DNA of 62,220 bases from Acidobacteriota bacterium (lineage in GTDB: Bacteria > Acidobacteriota > JAQAZP01), in the NCBI GenBank assembly GCA_032127265.1, contig JAQAZP010000019.1, forward strand, positions 1 through 62,220, written 5' to 3'. A program made the translations under genes and the position numbers. The first letter of the stretch is position 1. Every line of letters starts with the position of its first letter. Below the pieces are notes generated by a model. It was given only the letters and a program-made list of their open reading frames with translations, was not told the DNA's origin and did not search any database. Below are positions 35,733 to 44,560 of this stretch, one piece after another.

Positions 35733-38722
35733 AAGACGCCCCCGGCGACGGTCCCGCCATGGGAGAGGTTCAGCTCGTCGTAGGCGTCAAAGTCGAGATC
35801 GGGGTTCAACTGCAGCGACCCGCCGTCGGCATCCCAGATCCTGAGCCACGGCAGTGCTTCGGGATCGGGGCCGGGCATGGTGAGGATTTCGGCAAAGCCG
35901 TCACCGTCGGTGTCGGCCGCGCCCACATTGAGCCCATAGAGATACCCGTCGTAGACGAACTGGCTGATTCCCGGGACGGGCGCCACACCGCTTCCGTCGA
36001 AGGTAAAGGCGCGCAGGTGCGGCCCGAACCGGGATCCCGGCCCGGGGCCGGTGATCATTTCGTCCAGGCCGTCACCGTCGATGTCACCGCAGGCGACCGT
36101 CACCCCCCACTGCGGTGTGCCGTAGGCAAAAAAGCTCAGTGCCGGGATCGGAACGGCCGGCCCGCCGTCCACGTTCCAGCCGCGGACATGGGCGCCATAC
36201 ACCGCACCTGGTCCGGCGCCGGTGACGATCTCGTCGACCCCGTCACCGTCGACGTCGCCGCAACTGACGTTGACCCCGTATTTCGGTGTGCCGTAGGCGA
36301 AATAGCTGACCCCGGACAGCGGGTACGTACCGGCCGCGTCCACGGTCCAGCCGCGGACGTGGGGACCGAAAACCGCACCCGGTCCGGCGCCGGTGACGAT
36401 CTCGTCAAACCCGTCACCGTCAAGGTCACCTGCCGCCACGTTGACCCCGTATTTGTTGGTGCCATACGCGAGGAAGTTGATCCGCGACAGCGGTTGTCCC
36501 GATCTGCTGAAGCCGCGGACGTGGGGGCCGTACACGTCGCCCGGTCCGGCGCCGGTGATTATCTCGTCATGGCCGTCACCGTCGGTGTCTCCGGCAGCCA
36601 CGTTCACCCCGTAACGGTCGCGGCTGTACGCCGGCCACTCCCCGAGGCAGGAGATGGCCAGCGCGTCCCAGGCGCGGACCAGCGGCTTGTTGAAGTTGTA
36701 CGGGCCGGGGCCGGTGACGATGAATGGTGACGGCGTTCCGGCGACCATGGTGGCACAGAGCGAGAAGTCCTGGTTGATCCCGGTATTGGGGTGGTTGTCC
36801 AGCGGCACGTCCCAGGCCCGCACTTCCACCGTGTAGATCCCGGCCTCGGGGTTTTCGATGAAGACGTTTTCCACGTTGTTCCGGCGATCGAAGTCACCCC
36901 CATCAACTGACCAGAGGTCATCGATCAGGCCTTGATTGCCCCGATAAACCGTTCCGGAAGGGGAGATGACCCTCAGGTCGAGGTCGTTGACCAGGGCGGG
37001 GTTGGCCATCAGCTCGGCCTCCCGGTCGGCCCAGACCAGGCAGATACGCAGCGGCTCGCCGGCGGCGTACCGCCTCACCTGGAAGGTGCGGCTCTCGCCG
37101 GTGGACAGGGGGTTGCCGCCGTTGACCACCAGCATGTTGCGGCCGGCTGCGTGGACCCGGCTCACGTCGGGTATCCCCCAGCCCTGCTGAAAACGTGTAG
37201 CCCGCTCCAGCGGGTACTGGTTGGCGTGGGCGATGAGGATCGCCTTCACCGTGGCGGTGTGTCCCCGTTCACCCGGGGGCACGGCGCCCAGGTGCCCTTC
37301 CTCGAGCATCTGGTAGACCAGCCCGGCGGCGCCGGCCACCATGGGGCAGGCCCCGCTGGTCCCGCCGAAATCGGTGGTGTAGTCGCCGGCCGCAAGGCCG
37401 GCGGAGCCCACCGGATCGGTGGTGAAGATCTTGTCGAAGTATCCCACCAGGTCGGGTTTGACCCGGCCGTCGGCGGCCGGGCCCTGAGCCGGGGCGCCAC
37501 CGACTATGCGCCAGTCGTCGTCCCCGGGCTCGTCGTTGTCGTAGTGAAAGATGGCGCCCACGCCGATCACGTTTTTTGCACAGGCGTCCTGGGAGATCTT
37601 CATCGGTTCGATGCCGTTGTTCCCGCCGGCATAGAGCATCAGGATGTCGTGGGCGTTGGTCGCCAGGTCGTCTTCCCGGGACATCCCGGTGTAATTACCA
37701 TTGAGGACGCCGCCGGTAAAGCTGTTGCTCTGGAACCGGCCGTCCCACTCCTCGGCCAGGTTGAGTATCGAGTCGGCTCGTCCGACCCGCCAGTCGCAGA
37801 AGACGCCGCTGCCACCGGTCATCATCCCCCGGGCCCTGAGGCTCTGATAGGTTCCGACGCTGCCGTCGGCAAAGACGATGCCGAAGGTGCCGGTGCCGTG
37901 AAGGTCGAAAACAACATCGCCGTGAAGCCCGATCAGGTTGCTGAAATCGGGGTGGGTCAGGTCGATGCCGCTGTCATGGATCTCGCCGACGATGCCGCTC
38001 CCGTCGAAGGCCTGGTGGACGTGCAGGGACCGGGCCCCCATCTGGTAGCGGCCGTTGTCCATCGCTGCCTGCGGCGGGTGCCACTGTTCCACCCAGCGGA
38101 CCCCGGGGAGCCGGGCCAACGGCAACAGGGCCGCCGACGGCACCCGGGCCCGGAGCACCGGGATCGAGAGGTGCTCGGCGATCACCTCGCCGGCATAAGC
38201 GGCCACCAGGTCACGGACCGCGTCACGGTTGCGGTCTCCCGTCTCATCCGGAAAGCACTCCACCCGGGCGACCAGTTCCTCCTGCCGGTTTTGCAGCAGC
38301 AGCGGGTCGATCCGCCAGGCGGCGTGCAGTTCACCGATCCAGCGCACCGTGGACATGGCCCGGACCTGCTCCAGGCGCTGCGCCGGGATTTCGGCGACGT
38401 AGGCATGTTGCGGCACGTATCCCAGCAGCCGGGCCCCGGCGTCCTCCAGGACTTCGATCTCAGCCGACTCCAGCCGCCCGGTGACCTGGACCAGGCGGAT
38501 AGTGTTGTCCGGGGTGGCCCTCAACTCAGCTGGGATCGGCAATTCGCCGGCCAGCGGGTCGAACAGGCCGTACTTCGTGTGGATGGTGAACGGCGAAAGC
38601 CGGTGTCCCGAATTGTCCAGACCGGGGTCCAGGCCCTCCGCCAGGGCGCTGACCGGCGCGGCGGACAGTGTGAGCATCAGGATGATGACGGCTGAGTGCA
38701 GCCTGGGAGTTCGGGTTGTCAT
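35729..38722 (-). CDS. Secreted S8 subtilase with I9-like propeptide(s), P-domain-like region and FG-GAP cassette
   Basis: Signal peptide: MTTRTPRLHSAVIILMLTLSAAPVSALAEG. Catalytic triad context: GEIHDSGIDLTHPDF (Asp), DLHGTGTFGIVF (His), GGTSGACPMVAGAAGLV (Ser). The cassette starts at FIVTGPGPYNFNKP. Confidence 0.9.
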   Translation of the reverse strand: MTTRTPRLHSAVIILMLTLSAAPVSALAEGLDPGLDNSGHRLSPFTIHTKYGLFDPLAGELPIPAELRATPDNTIRLVQVTGRLESAEIEVLEDAGARLLGYVPQHAYVAEIPAQRLEQVRAMSTVRWIGELHAAWRIDPLLLQNRQEELVARVECFPDETGDRNRDAVRDLVAAYAGEVIAEHLSIPVLRARVPSAALLPLARLPGVRWVEQWHPPQAAMDNGRYQMGARSLHVHQAFDGSGIVGEIHDSGIDLTHPDFSNLIGLHGDVVFDLHGTGTFGIVFADGSVGTYQSLRARGMMTGGSGVFCDWRVGRADSILNLAEEWDGRFQSNSFTGGVLNGNYTGMSREDDLATNAHDILMLYAGGNNGIEPMKISQDACAKNVIGVGAIFHYDNDEPGDDDWRIVGGAPAQGPAADGRVKPDLVGYFDKIFTTDPVGSAGLAAGDYTTDFGGTSGACPMVAGAAGLVYQMLEEGHLGAVPPGERGHTATVKAILIAHANQYPLERATRFQQGWGIPDVSRVHAAGRNMLVVNGGNPLSTGESRTFQVRRYAAGEPLRICLVWADREAELMANPALVNDLDLRVISPSGTVYRGNQGLIDDLWSVDGGDFDRRNNVENVFIENPEAGIYTVEVRAWDVPLDNHPNTGINQDFSLCATMVAGTPSPFIVTGPGPYNFNKPLVRAWDALAISCLGEWPAYSRDRYGVNVAAGDTDGDGHDEIITGAGPGDVYGPHVRGFSRSGQPLSRINFLAYGTNKYGVNVAAGDLDGDGFDEIVTGAGPGAVFGPHVRGWTVDAAGTYPLSGVSYFAYGTPKYGVNVSCGDVDGDGVDEIVTGAGPGAVYGAHVRGWNVDGGPAVPIPALSFFAYGTPQWGVTVACGDIDGDGLDEMITGPGPGSRFGPHLRAFTFDGSGVAPVPGISQFVYDGYLYGLNVGAADTDGDGFAEILTMPGPDPEALPWLRIWDADGGSLQLNPDLDFDAYDELNLSHGGTVAGGVF
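35732..36724 (-). repeat. FG-GAP cassette copy (S8 protein)
   Basis: Ca loops: GDTDGDGHDE, GDLDGDGFDE, GDVDGDGVDE, GDIDGDGLDE, ADTDGDGFAE. Closing strand DLDFDAYDELNLSHGGTVAGGVF-stop. 331 aa by my count. Confidence 0.8.
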
Positions 38723-38947
38723 GATCTTGCGGGCCTTTCGGTGGTGGTGAGGTCGAAGCTTGGACCGTGTGTCGATACACCCGCAGTCACGGTCAGCCTG
38801 ATTCTATCATGGAGAATGGCCGCAAGCACGTCCTGTCGATGGCTTCATGACTTCTTCACATTCTGAAAAAGTGTCATAATACCAGTATCGATTCGCAGTG
38901 GACCCCAACCCCTCCACCGGGTGATATATCAGAGGGAGAACAGGACG

Positions 38948-39442
38948 ATGACTGATTCGCGGATCGACGAAATCCTCAACCTGTTGCAGCCGAAAAAAGG
39001 GACGCGGCTCTGGTATGGCGGGGCCACGGCCGCCGGGTCGCTGCGCGGCGTTGGCTGCGAGGAAGCGGCCTGGAAACCGGCGCCGGAGCGGCACAGTATC
39101 TGTGCCCTGGTGCTGCACCTGGCCTACTGGAAATACGCGGTGCGCCGGATTCTCGAAGACTCGCCCAAGGGAGTTTTCGCCCGCCAACCTTCCAACTGGC
39201 CGGCGGTGCCGGTTGATGCGGGCGAGAAGGCCTTGAAGGAAGACCGCGGCCTGCTTGTTGAAGAGCAGGTAAAACTGCTGGCAGTGGTGCGCGCTTTCGG
39301 CCCCCGCCGGCTGGATGAGATCGCCCCGGGCAGCGGCCGCTACCGGTTTATCGACCTGATGTTCGGGGTGGCGACCCACGATCTCTATCACACGGGGCAG
39401 ATTCAGCTGGTTCGGCGGCTGTACCGCGGCCGGCAGAAGTGA
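38948..39442 (+). CDS. DinB-family protein
   Basis: MTDSRIDEILNLL.., ICALVLHLAYWKY, GVATHDLYHTGQIQLV (His triad pattern of DinB-like four-helix bundles). Confidence 0.7.
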   Translation: MTDSRIDEILNLLQPKKGTRLWYGGATAAGSLRGVGCEEAAWKPAPERHSICALVLHLAYWKYAVRRILEDSPKGVFARQPSNWPAVPVDAGEKALKEDRGLLVEEQVKLLAVVRAFGPRRLDEIAPGSGRYRFIDLMFGVATHDLYHTGQIQLVRRLYRGRQK

Positions 39443-39451
39443 GGAGGGGCC

Positions 39452-40087
39452 ATGGACCTGGAACAGCAAATGGAATCGATCTACCGCGAGACGCCCCTGG
39501 ACCAGATCCCCTGGAATATCGAGGATCCTCCGGCTCTGCTGGCGAACCTGGTGCATGAGAAAACCATCCTGCCCTGCAGCGCCGTGGATCTGGGCTGCGG
39601 GGCGGGGAACTACGCCACCTGGCTCGCTCTGCAGGGGTTCCGGGTCACCGGCATCGACCTCTCGGCCAGGGCCGTTGAGCTGGCCGCGGAGCGGGCCCGC
39701 CGGCTGGGTGCGGACTGCACCTTCCGGGCCGCCGACCTGCGGCAGGGGCCGGGGGATCTGGCCGGCGCCTTCGATTTTGCCTTCGACTGGGAGGTCTTGC
39801 ACCATGTCTTTCCCGAAGATCGTCCGGCGTATCTGAGGTCGGTCCAGCGGATGCTGAGACCGGGCGGGAAATACCTCTCGGTCTGCTTCAGCGAAAAGGA
39901 CCCTGCCTTTGACAGTACGGCCAAATACCGCACTACGCCGCTGGGCACGGTGCTCTATTTCACCTCGGAGAGTGAGGCGCGGGCATTGTTCCTGAAGTGG
40001 TTCCGGATCATCGAACTGGGGACGGTGGAAACCGAGGGCAAATACGGTGTTCACCGATCCATCGCGGCTCTGCTTGAGCGGGAGTGA
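39452..40087 (+). CDS. Class I SAM-dependent methyltransferase
   Basis: Motif I AVDLGCGAGNYATWLALQGFRVTGIDLS. Post-I and motif II FDFAFDWEVLHH. LRPGGKYL. Confidence 0.8.
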   Translation: MDLEQQMESIYRETPLDQIPWNIEDPPALLANLVHEKTILPCSAVDLGCGAGNYATWLALQGFRVTGIDLSARAVELAAERARRLGADCTFRAADLRQGPGDLAGAFDFAFDWEVLHHVFPEDRPAYLRSVQRMLRPGGKYLSVCFSEKDPAFDSTAKYRTTPLGTVLYFTSESEARALFLKWFRIIELGTVETEGKYGVHRSIAALLERE

Positions 40088-40095
40088 GCTGAACC

Positions 40096-40680
40096 ATGGA
40101 CATCCTTTCCGTCTCGGTCACCCTGTTTCTGATCATGGACCCCTTCGGCAATATCCCGGTCTTTCTGCCGCTGCTGGAAAAGGTCCCCCCGGGCCGGCGG
40201 CGTCTGATCATCGTTCGCGAGCTGCTCATCGCCCTGGCGGTGATCGTCGCCTTTATCTTCTGCGGCCGCTACCTGATGAACCTTCTTGGCCTGGACCAGG
40301 CCGCGGTGAGTATTGCCGGCGGAATCATCCTCTTCCTCATCGGTCTGCGAATGGTCTTTCCTCCGGCGGAGCGTCCGGCGGAAACGGACCTCGACGGTGA
40401 ACCGTTCATCGTTCCCCTGGCCATCCCGCTGATTGCCGGGCCGTCACTGCTGGCGGTGTTGATGCTCTGGTCCACGGCTGAACCGGAGCGGCTCTTCGAC
40501 CTGCTGATTGCCGCACTGATCGCCTGGGGGGTCACCTTTCTCGTGCTCTTCAGCGCCACGTTCCTCATCCGCTTTCTCACCCGGCGCGGCCTGGTGGCGG
40601 TTGAACGGTTGATGGGAATGGTGCTGGTGGCGCTTTCGGTCCAGCTCTTCCTCGACAGCGTAACGCAGTTTCTCCAGTGA
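40096..40680 (+). CDS. MarC-family (UPF0056) integral membrane protein
   Basis: MDILSVSVTLFLIMDPFGNIPVFLPLL is the hallmark MarC N-terminus. Six TM segments. Confidence 0.85.
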   Translation: MDILSVSVTLFLIMDPFGNIPVFLPLLEKVPPGRRRLIIVRELLIALAVIVAFIFCGRYLMNLLGLDQAAVSIAGGIILFLIGLRMVFPPAERPAETDLDGEPFIVPLAIPLIAGPSLLAVLMLWSTAEPERLFDLLIAALIAWGVTFLVLFSATFLIRFLTRRGLVAVERLMGMVLVALSVQLFLDSVTQFLQ

Positions 40681-40692
40681 CGGACAGGGGCC

Positions 40693-41346
40693 ATGGACAG
40701 ACTGGGCAAGATCAACGCCGAGACCCGGGAGGCCGTCAACCGCGCCGCGCAGACCTACCACGACCTGTTCCACGATGAGCTGAAGGACAAGCCCTACGAC
40801 CGGCAGCTCCTTGATCGCTTCGCCGCCCGGTTCGACAGCGACTCGCTGATCCTCGACGCCGGCTGCGGACCGTCGTTCCACATCGGCCGCTACCTCATGG
40901 ACCGGGGCGTCATCGTCGAGGGTGTGGACATCTCCGACCGCTCCGTGGCCCTGGCCCGGGAACTGCATCCCGGCATCACCATTCGGTGTGGTGATCTTGG
41001 CCGCCTCGAATGCGCTGACGGATGCTATGACGGCATTCTCGCCTACTACTCGATCATCCACACCCCGAAACGTCATGTGAACCGGCTGTTCGACGAGTTC
41101 CACCGTGTGCTGCGTCCGGGTGGGGCGTTGCTCACCGCGGTGAAGGCGGGGCAGACCGAAGGCTGGATGGAGAATGTCCTCGAAACCGGCGCCCGGATCT
41201 GGTTCGCCTATTTCACCGAGGAGGAGGTCACCGGGTATTATCGCCAGGCCGGATTCAGGATCGAATTCATGGAAAGGCGCAGTCCTTACGATACGGAGAT
41301 CGAGAACGAACGGATATATGCCGTTGGCGTGAAGGAGTGGGTGTGA
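40693..41346 (+). CDS. Class I SAM-dependent methyltransferase
   Basis: ILDAGCGPSFHIGRYLMDRGVIVEGVDISDRSVALA, YDGILAYYSIIH and LRPGGALL. Confidence 0.8.
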   Translation: MDRLGKINAETREAVNRAAQTYHDLFHDELKDKPYDRQLLDRFAARFDSDSLILDAGCGPSFHIGRYLMDRGVIVEGVDISDRSVALARELHPGITIRCGDLGRLECADGCYDGILAYYSIIHTPKRHVNRLFDEFHRVLRPGGALLTAVKAGQTEGWMENVLETGARIWFAYFTEEEVTGYYRQAGFRIEFMERRSPYDTEIENERIYAVGVKEWV

Positions 41347-41942
41347 GAAACTCGCTGATAAAGACAACCGGGTGGCTGGGCATCATCCTGCTCTGCACCT
41401 GCCTGCAACCGGTGCTGCTGTCCGATGCCGTGGCCTGGGACGACCGGTTGACCAGCGCCGTCCAGTACGATGACCTGGACCTGGCCCGGCACCTGCTGGA
41501 AGACGGCTTTGCCATTGACGTCAATGACTGCAACAACAAGCGACACACACCGCTGTCTCTCGCTATTCGGAGTCACAATGCCGAAATGGTCAGGTTGTTG
41601 CTGGAGCATGACGCCAGATCGGACATCGGACCATGCTTCGGCCATGCACTCTTCGTAGCGATCGAGGCCGACGATCCGGAGATCGTGTCGCTGCTGGTTG
41701 AGTACGGGGCTGACGTGAACCTTTGCTGTATCGACCAATCTCGAAATTACCGCAGGTGGGATACGCTGGTTCGCCCGTTCTACCCCGGCCAGGTCTGCGG
41801 AAATTGCATCAATCTGTTGCAGCTCTACATCATCGACAAGCCGGGAACCTACACGGTTTCCATTCAATACAAGAGCATGAACGAAAGACGCGAGCCGGAC
41901 CTGGTGGTGTCCCATCCGTTTGAATTCGAGGTCATGCCGTAG
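41343..41942 (+). CDS. Signal-anchored ankyrin-repeat protein with C-terminal beta-rich domain
   Basis: Ankyrin units: LTSAVQYDDLDLARHLLEDGFAIDVND, HTPLSLAIRSHNAEMVRLLLEHDARSD, ALFVAIEADDPEIVSLLVEYGADVN. N-terminal hydrophobic segment: WLGIILLCTCLQPVLL. I chose the GTG at 41343 because AAGGAG ends ~6 nt upstream. The track GTG at 41337 abuts the RBS. Confidence 0.7.
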   Translation: MRNSLIKTTGWLGIILLCTCLQPVLLSDAVAWDDRLTSAVQYDDLDLARHLLEDGFAIDVNDCNNKRHTPLSLAIRSHNAEMVRLLLEHDARSDIGPCFGHALFVAIEADDPEIVSLLVEYGADVNLCCIDQSRNYRRWDTLVRPFYPGQVCGNCINLLQLYIIDKPGTYTVSIQYKSMNERREPDLVVSHPFEFEVMP

Positions 41943-41967
41943 CTCCGATGCTTCCTGTGAACATTCC

Positions 41968-42312
41968 TCACGCCCCCGGCCCCCGTCCCGGAGCCATCTG
42001 CGGTGACGGCTGCGGCTCTTCCACCATCCCCTCACCGGCGGCGCTCTCCGGGTCCAGCCACTCCACCGGGTCGCTGTCGATGGGGATCAGCCCCTGGCTC
42101 AGCCTGGCGATGGAGAGGTCGATGGCCTGTTCGTCACGCACCGCTTCCCAGACCTGGAGAACCGGCAAAGCGAGAACCACCGGCTTGAAACTGGCCGGGT
42201 CGTAGAGCTGGCGGATAAAAAGTTGGTTGAAGAGGGTGTCACCGAACTCGGCGCTGCGATTGACGATCCGCGATTCGGCCAGTTTGTCCTCGGGGATGCG
42301 GAAGGCCAGCAT
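41968..42312 (-). CDS. Hypothetical protein (114 aa), no family recognised
   Basis: ORF MLAFRIPEDKLAESRIVNRSAEFGDTLFNQLFIRQLYDPASFKPVVLALPVLQVWEAV... has a plausible globular composition in the first ~90 aa and a low-complexity tail. An in-frame stop lies just upstream, so it may be the C-terminal remnant of a larger gene. Confidence 0.4.
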   Translation of the reverse strand: MLAFRIPEDKLAESRIVNRSAEFGDTLFNQLFIRQLYDPASFKPVVLALPVLQVWEAVRDEQAIDLSIARLSQGLIPIDSDPVEWLDPESAAGEGMVEEPQPSPQMAPGRGPGA

Positions 42313-42351
42313 CTTGAACTGGTCGAAACCCTGGCCGAAGTTGAAGCGGGG

Positions 42352-43008
42352 TCAGACCGTGCCCTTGGGCACGTGGAGGAGGATCGCGAAGTAGTGACAG
42401 ATACTGCCGCCGAGGACAAAGAGGTGCCAGACAGCGTGGTTGTAGGGCAGTTTCTTCCAGCCATAGAAGATCAGTCCGCCGGTGTAGAGCACGCCTCCGG
42501 TGAAGAGCCAGATCAGTCCGGCGGGGGAGATGGTGGCGATCATCCGGTGCAGGGCGATGACGCAAAGCCAGCCCATCAATACGTAGACCGCGGCCGAGAC
42601 CTTGCCCCAGCGTTCGGTGTTCTTGATCTTGAACAGGATACCGAGAATGGCCATGCCCCAGATCACGCCGAAGAGAGACCAGCCCCAGCCGCCGCGGATG
42701 GCCACCAGGGTGAAGGGGGTGTAGGTGCCGGCGATGAGAATGTAGATCGAGGCGTGGTCAAAAAATTTGAAGGTCTTTTTAATTTGCGGTCGGGTCAGCC
42801 CGTGATAGAGCGTGGAAACGAGGTAGAGCAGGATCAGTGAAACGCCATAGACGCTGAAGCTGACCACCTGCCAGGGGTCGCCGCGGTGAGCCGCCAGGTT
42901 AACCAGCACCACCAGGCTGGGCACGGCCAGGGCCAGCCCAAAACCGTGGGTGATGCTGTTGGCGATCTCCTCGCCGGTTGTGTATTCCGGCTGCATCGTT
43001 GTCCTCAT
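42352..43008 (-). CDS. Hemolysin III / PAQR family channel protein
   Basis: EEIANSITHGFGLALAV.., seven TM segments, YHG..., HAVWHLFVLGGSICHYFAIL (conserved His motifs). Confidence 0.85.
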   Translation of the reverse strand: MRTTMQPEYTTGEEIANSITHGFGLALAVPSLVVLVNLAAHRGDPWQVVSFSVYGVSLILLYLVSTLYHGLTRPQIKKTFKFFDHASIYILIAGTYTPFTLVAIRGGWGWSLFGVIWGMAILGILFKIKNTERWGKVSAAVYVLMGWLCVIALHRMIATISPAGLIWLFTGGVLYTGGLIFYGWKKLPYNHAVWHLFVLGGSICHYFAILLHVPKGTV

Positions 43009-43080
43009 CGTGATCCTCGTTCGATCAGCTCATTATAGCGCAGCAATTTTTCAGGGTCAGGTCGCTTGCTTGCTGACAGG

Positions 43081-44514
43081 TTATCCCCGCAGGTCGAGCG
43101 TTTCGCCCTCTCGGGGAATGTCCACCAGGGTTTTGTCTTGGAGGTGCTCTTTCATCCAGGCGACGCTGGCGTCCTCACCATGGATCAGTACCGTGCGGCG
43201 GGGGGCGAAGTGGTCCGCCACCTCCAACAGGTGGCCGCGGTGGGAGTGGGCCGAGAAGCGATACCTCTCGATTGTCCGGCAGCGGACCCGCACCGTGGGG
43301 GCATCGGGGCCGAAATCCACTTCGTCCCCATTTTCGGCGGCCAGGACCCGGGCCCCCAACTCACCGGGAGCCACATAACCCACAAAGAGGATTGCGTGCT
43401 CCCGCCAGCCGAGCATCGCTTCGGCAAAGTGGGCCGAGGGGGTTTCCTCTTTCATCATCCCGTTGGTGGCGATGATGATCGAAGGGTTCTCCAGCAGCCG
43501 CCTCACCCGGCGGCGGGTGAAATCCCGGTCCCGCCGCTCCCAGGGCTTGCCGGGGGGGTAGATTTCCAGGACGCGGTAGCCGGTGTCGAAGTGGTGGAAG
43601 CCCCCTTCTTTTTTGGGAAGCAGCAGGTGCGTGAATTGGTCATAGATCCGGTTCACCGCCCGGCCCAGTCCGGAGATGCGCACCGGCACCAGGGGTAGCT
43701 CGCCTTTCTCCATTAGTCGGCCCACCAGGACCAGCATCTCCTGGGTGCGCCCGAGGGCGAAGGAGGGCACCAGTACGCTTCCCCCACGGTTCAATGTCTT
43801 GCGGGCCTTCTTGGCAAAGCGGCTGATTTCCTGCCGCCGGCTGACCCGCTCGGCCTCCGCGTCGCTGCCGTAGGTCGTCTCGAGGATCAGCGCATCCACC
43901 GGGCGGTCCAACTGGGGCAGGCTGGCCCCGCGGTGAATCTCCTGGGGCGCGAGGTTGATGTCACCGCTGTAGGCCAGAGTGAATTCACCGTCGGTGAGCA
44001 GAATCCCGGCGGCGCCCATCACGTGGCCCGCCTCGAAGAACAGGGCACGCACCGGCCCGGCCACGTGGAACCACTTGCCAAAGGTCTGGCCGTGGAAGCG
44101 GAGAATCTCGGTCAGGGCGTCCACACCCTCGTGGGACCAGTGGGTCTCGAACTGCCTGGGGTTGCCGAACTCACGATGCCCCAGCATCGAGAGCACCGAA
44201 ACGGTGTTGTGCAGCATTCGCGAAGCCACCTCCACGGTGGGCTCGGTACAGAAGATGGCCGGCGGGCGGTATTCATGGGCGATGTAGGGCAGGGAGCCCA
44301 CGTGATCCAGGTGGCCGTGGGAGATGAGCACGGCGTCCAATTGATCCAGCAGGTCCAGGGGTTCGAGCAACGGCAGGGCCTGGTATCCGTCACGGCCCGG
44401 GTGCATCCCGGCGTCGAGCAGGATCGACACCTTCCCCCAGCGGAGGAGATAGGCATTGGCGCCGATCTCTTTACCGCCGCCGAGGGGTGTCAGCTGAACC
44501 GCGTGCTCGCTCAT
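43081..44514 (-). CDS. MBL-fold metallo-hydrolase of the beta-CASP (RNA-metabolising) type
   Basis: ILLDAGMHPG.., LISHGHLDHVGSLPYI (HxHxDH). The beta-CASP insert has GDINL..E.TYG. C-terminal HSHRGHLLE. It sits 46 nt downstream of the C25 gene, with a GGAG RBS. Confidence 0.8.
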   Translation of the reverse strand: MSEHAVQLTPLGGGKEIGANAYLLRWGKVSILLDAGMHPGRDGYQALPLLEPLDLLDQLDAVLISHGHLDHVGSLPYIAHEYRPPAIFCTEPTVEVASRMLHNTVSVLSMLGHREFGNPRQFETHWSHEGVDALTEILRFHGQTFGKWFHVAGPVRALFFEAGHVMGAAGILLTDGEFTLAYSGDINLAPQEIHRGASLPQLDRPVDALILETTYGSDAEAERVSRRQEISRFAKKARKTLNRGGSVLVPSFALGRTQEMLVLVGRLMEKGELPLVPVRISGLGRAVNRIYDQFTHLLLPKKEGGFHHFDTGYRVLEIYPPGKPWERRDRDFTRRRVRRLLENPSIIIATNGMMKEETPSAHFAEAMLGWREHAILFVGYVAPGELGARVLAAENGDEVDFGPDAPTVRVRCRTIERYRFSAHSHRGHLLEVADHFAPRRTVLIHGEDASVAWMKEHLQDKTLVDIPREGETLDLRG

Positions 44515-44560
44515 CGATCTCCGTGCAGCAGGCCGCGGTCCAGCATGTCGCTCTGCCGGA

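Noticed and set aside
38807-40054. 415-aa minus-strand ORF opposite the DinB and methyltransferase genes
   Set aside because: It spans an intergenic gap and two + strand genes with clear DinB and SAM-MT motifs. The translation is R/P/G/Q-rich without structure. Shadow ORF.
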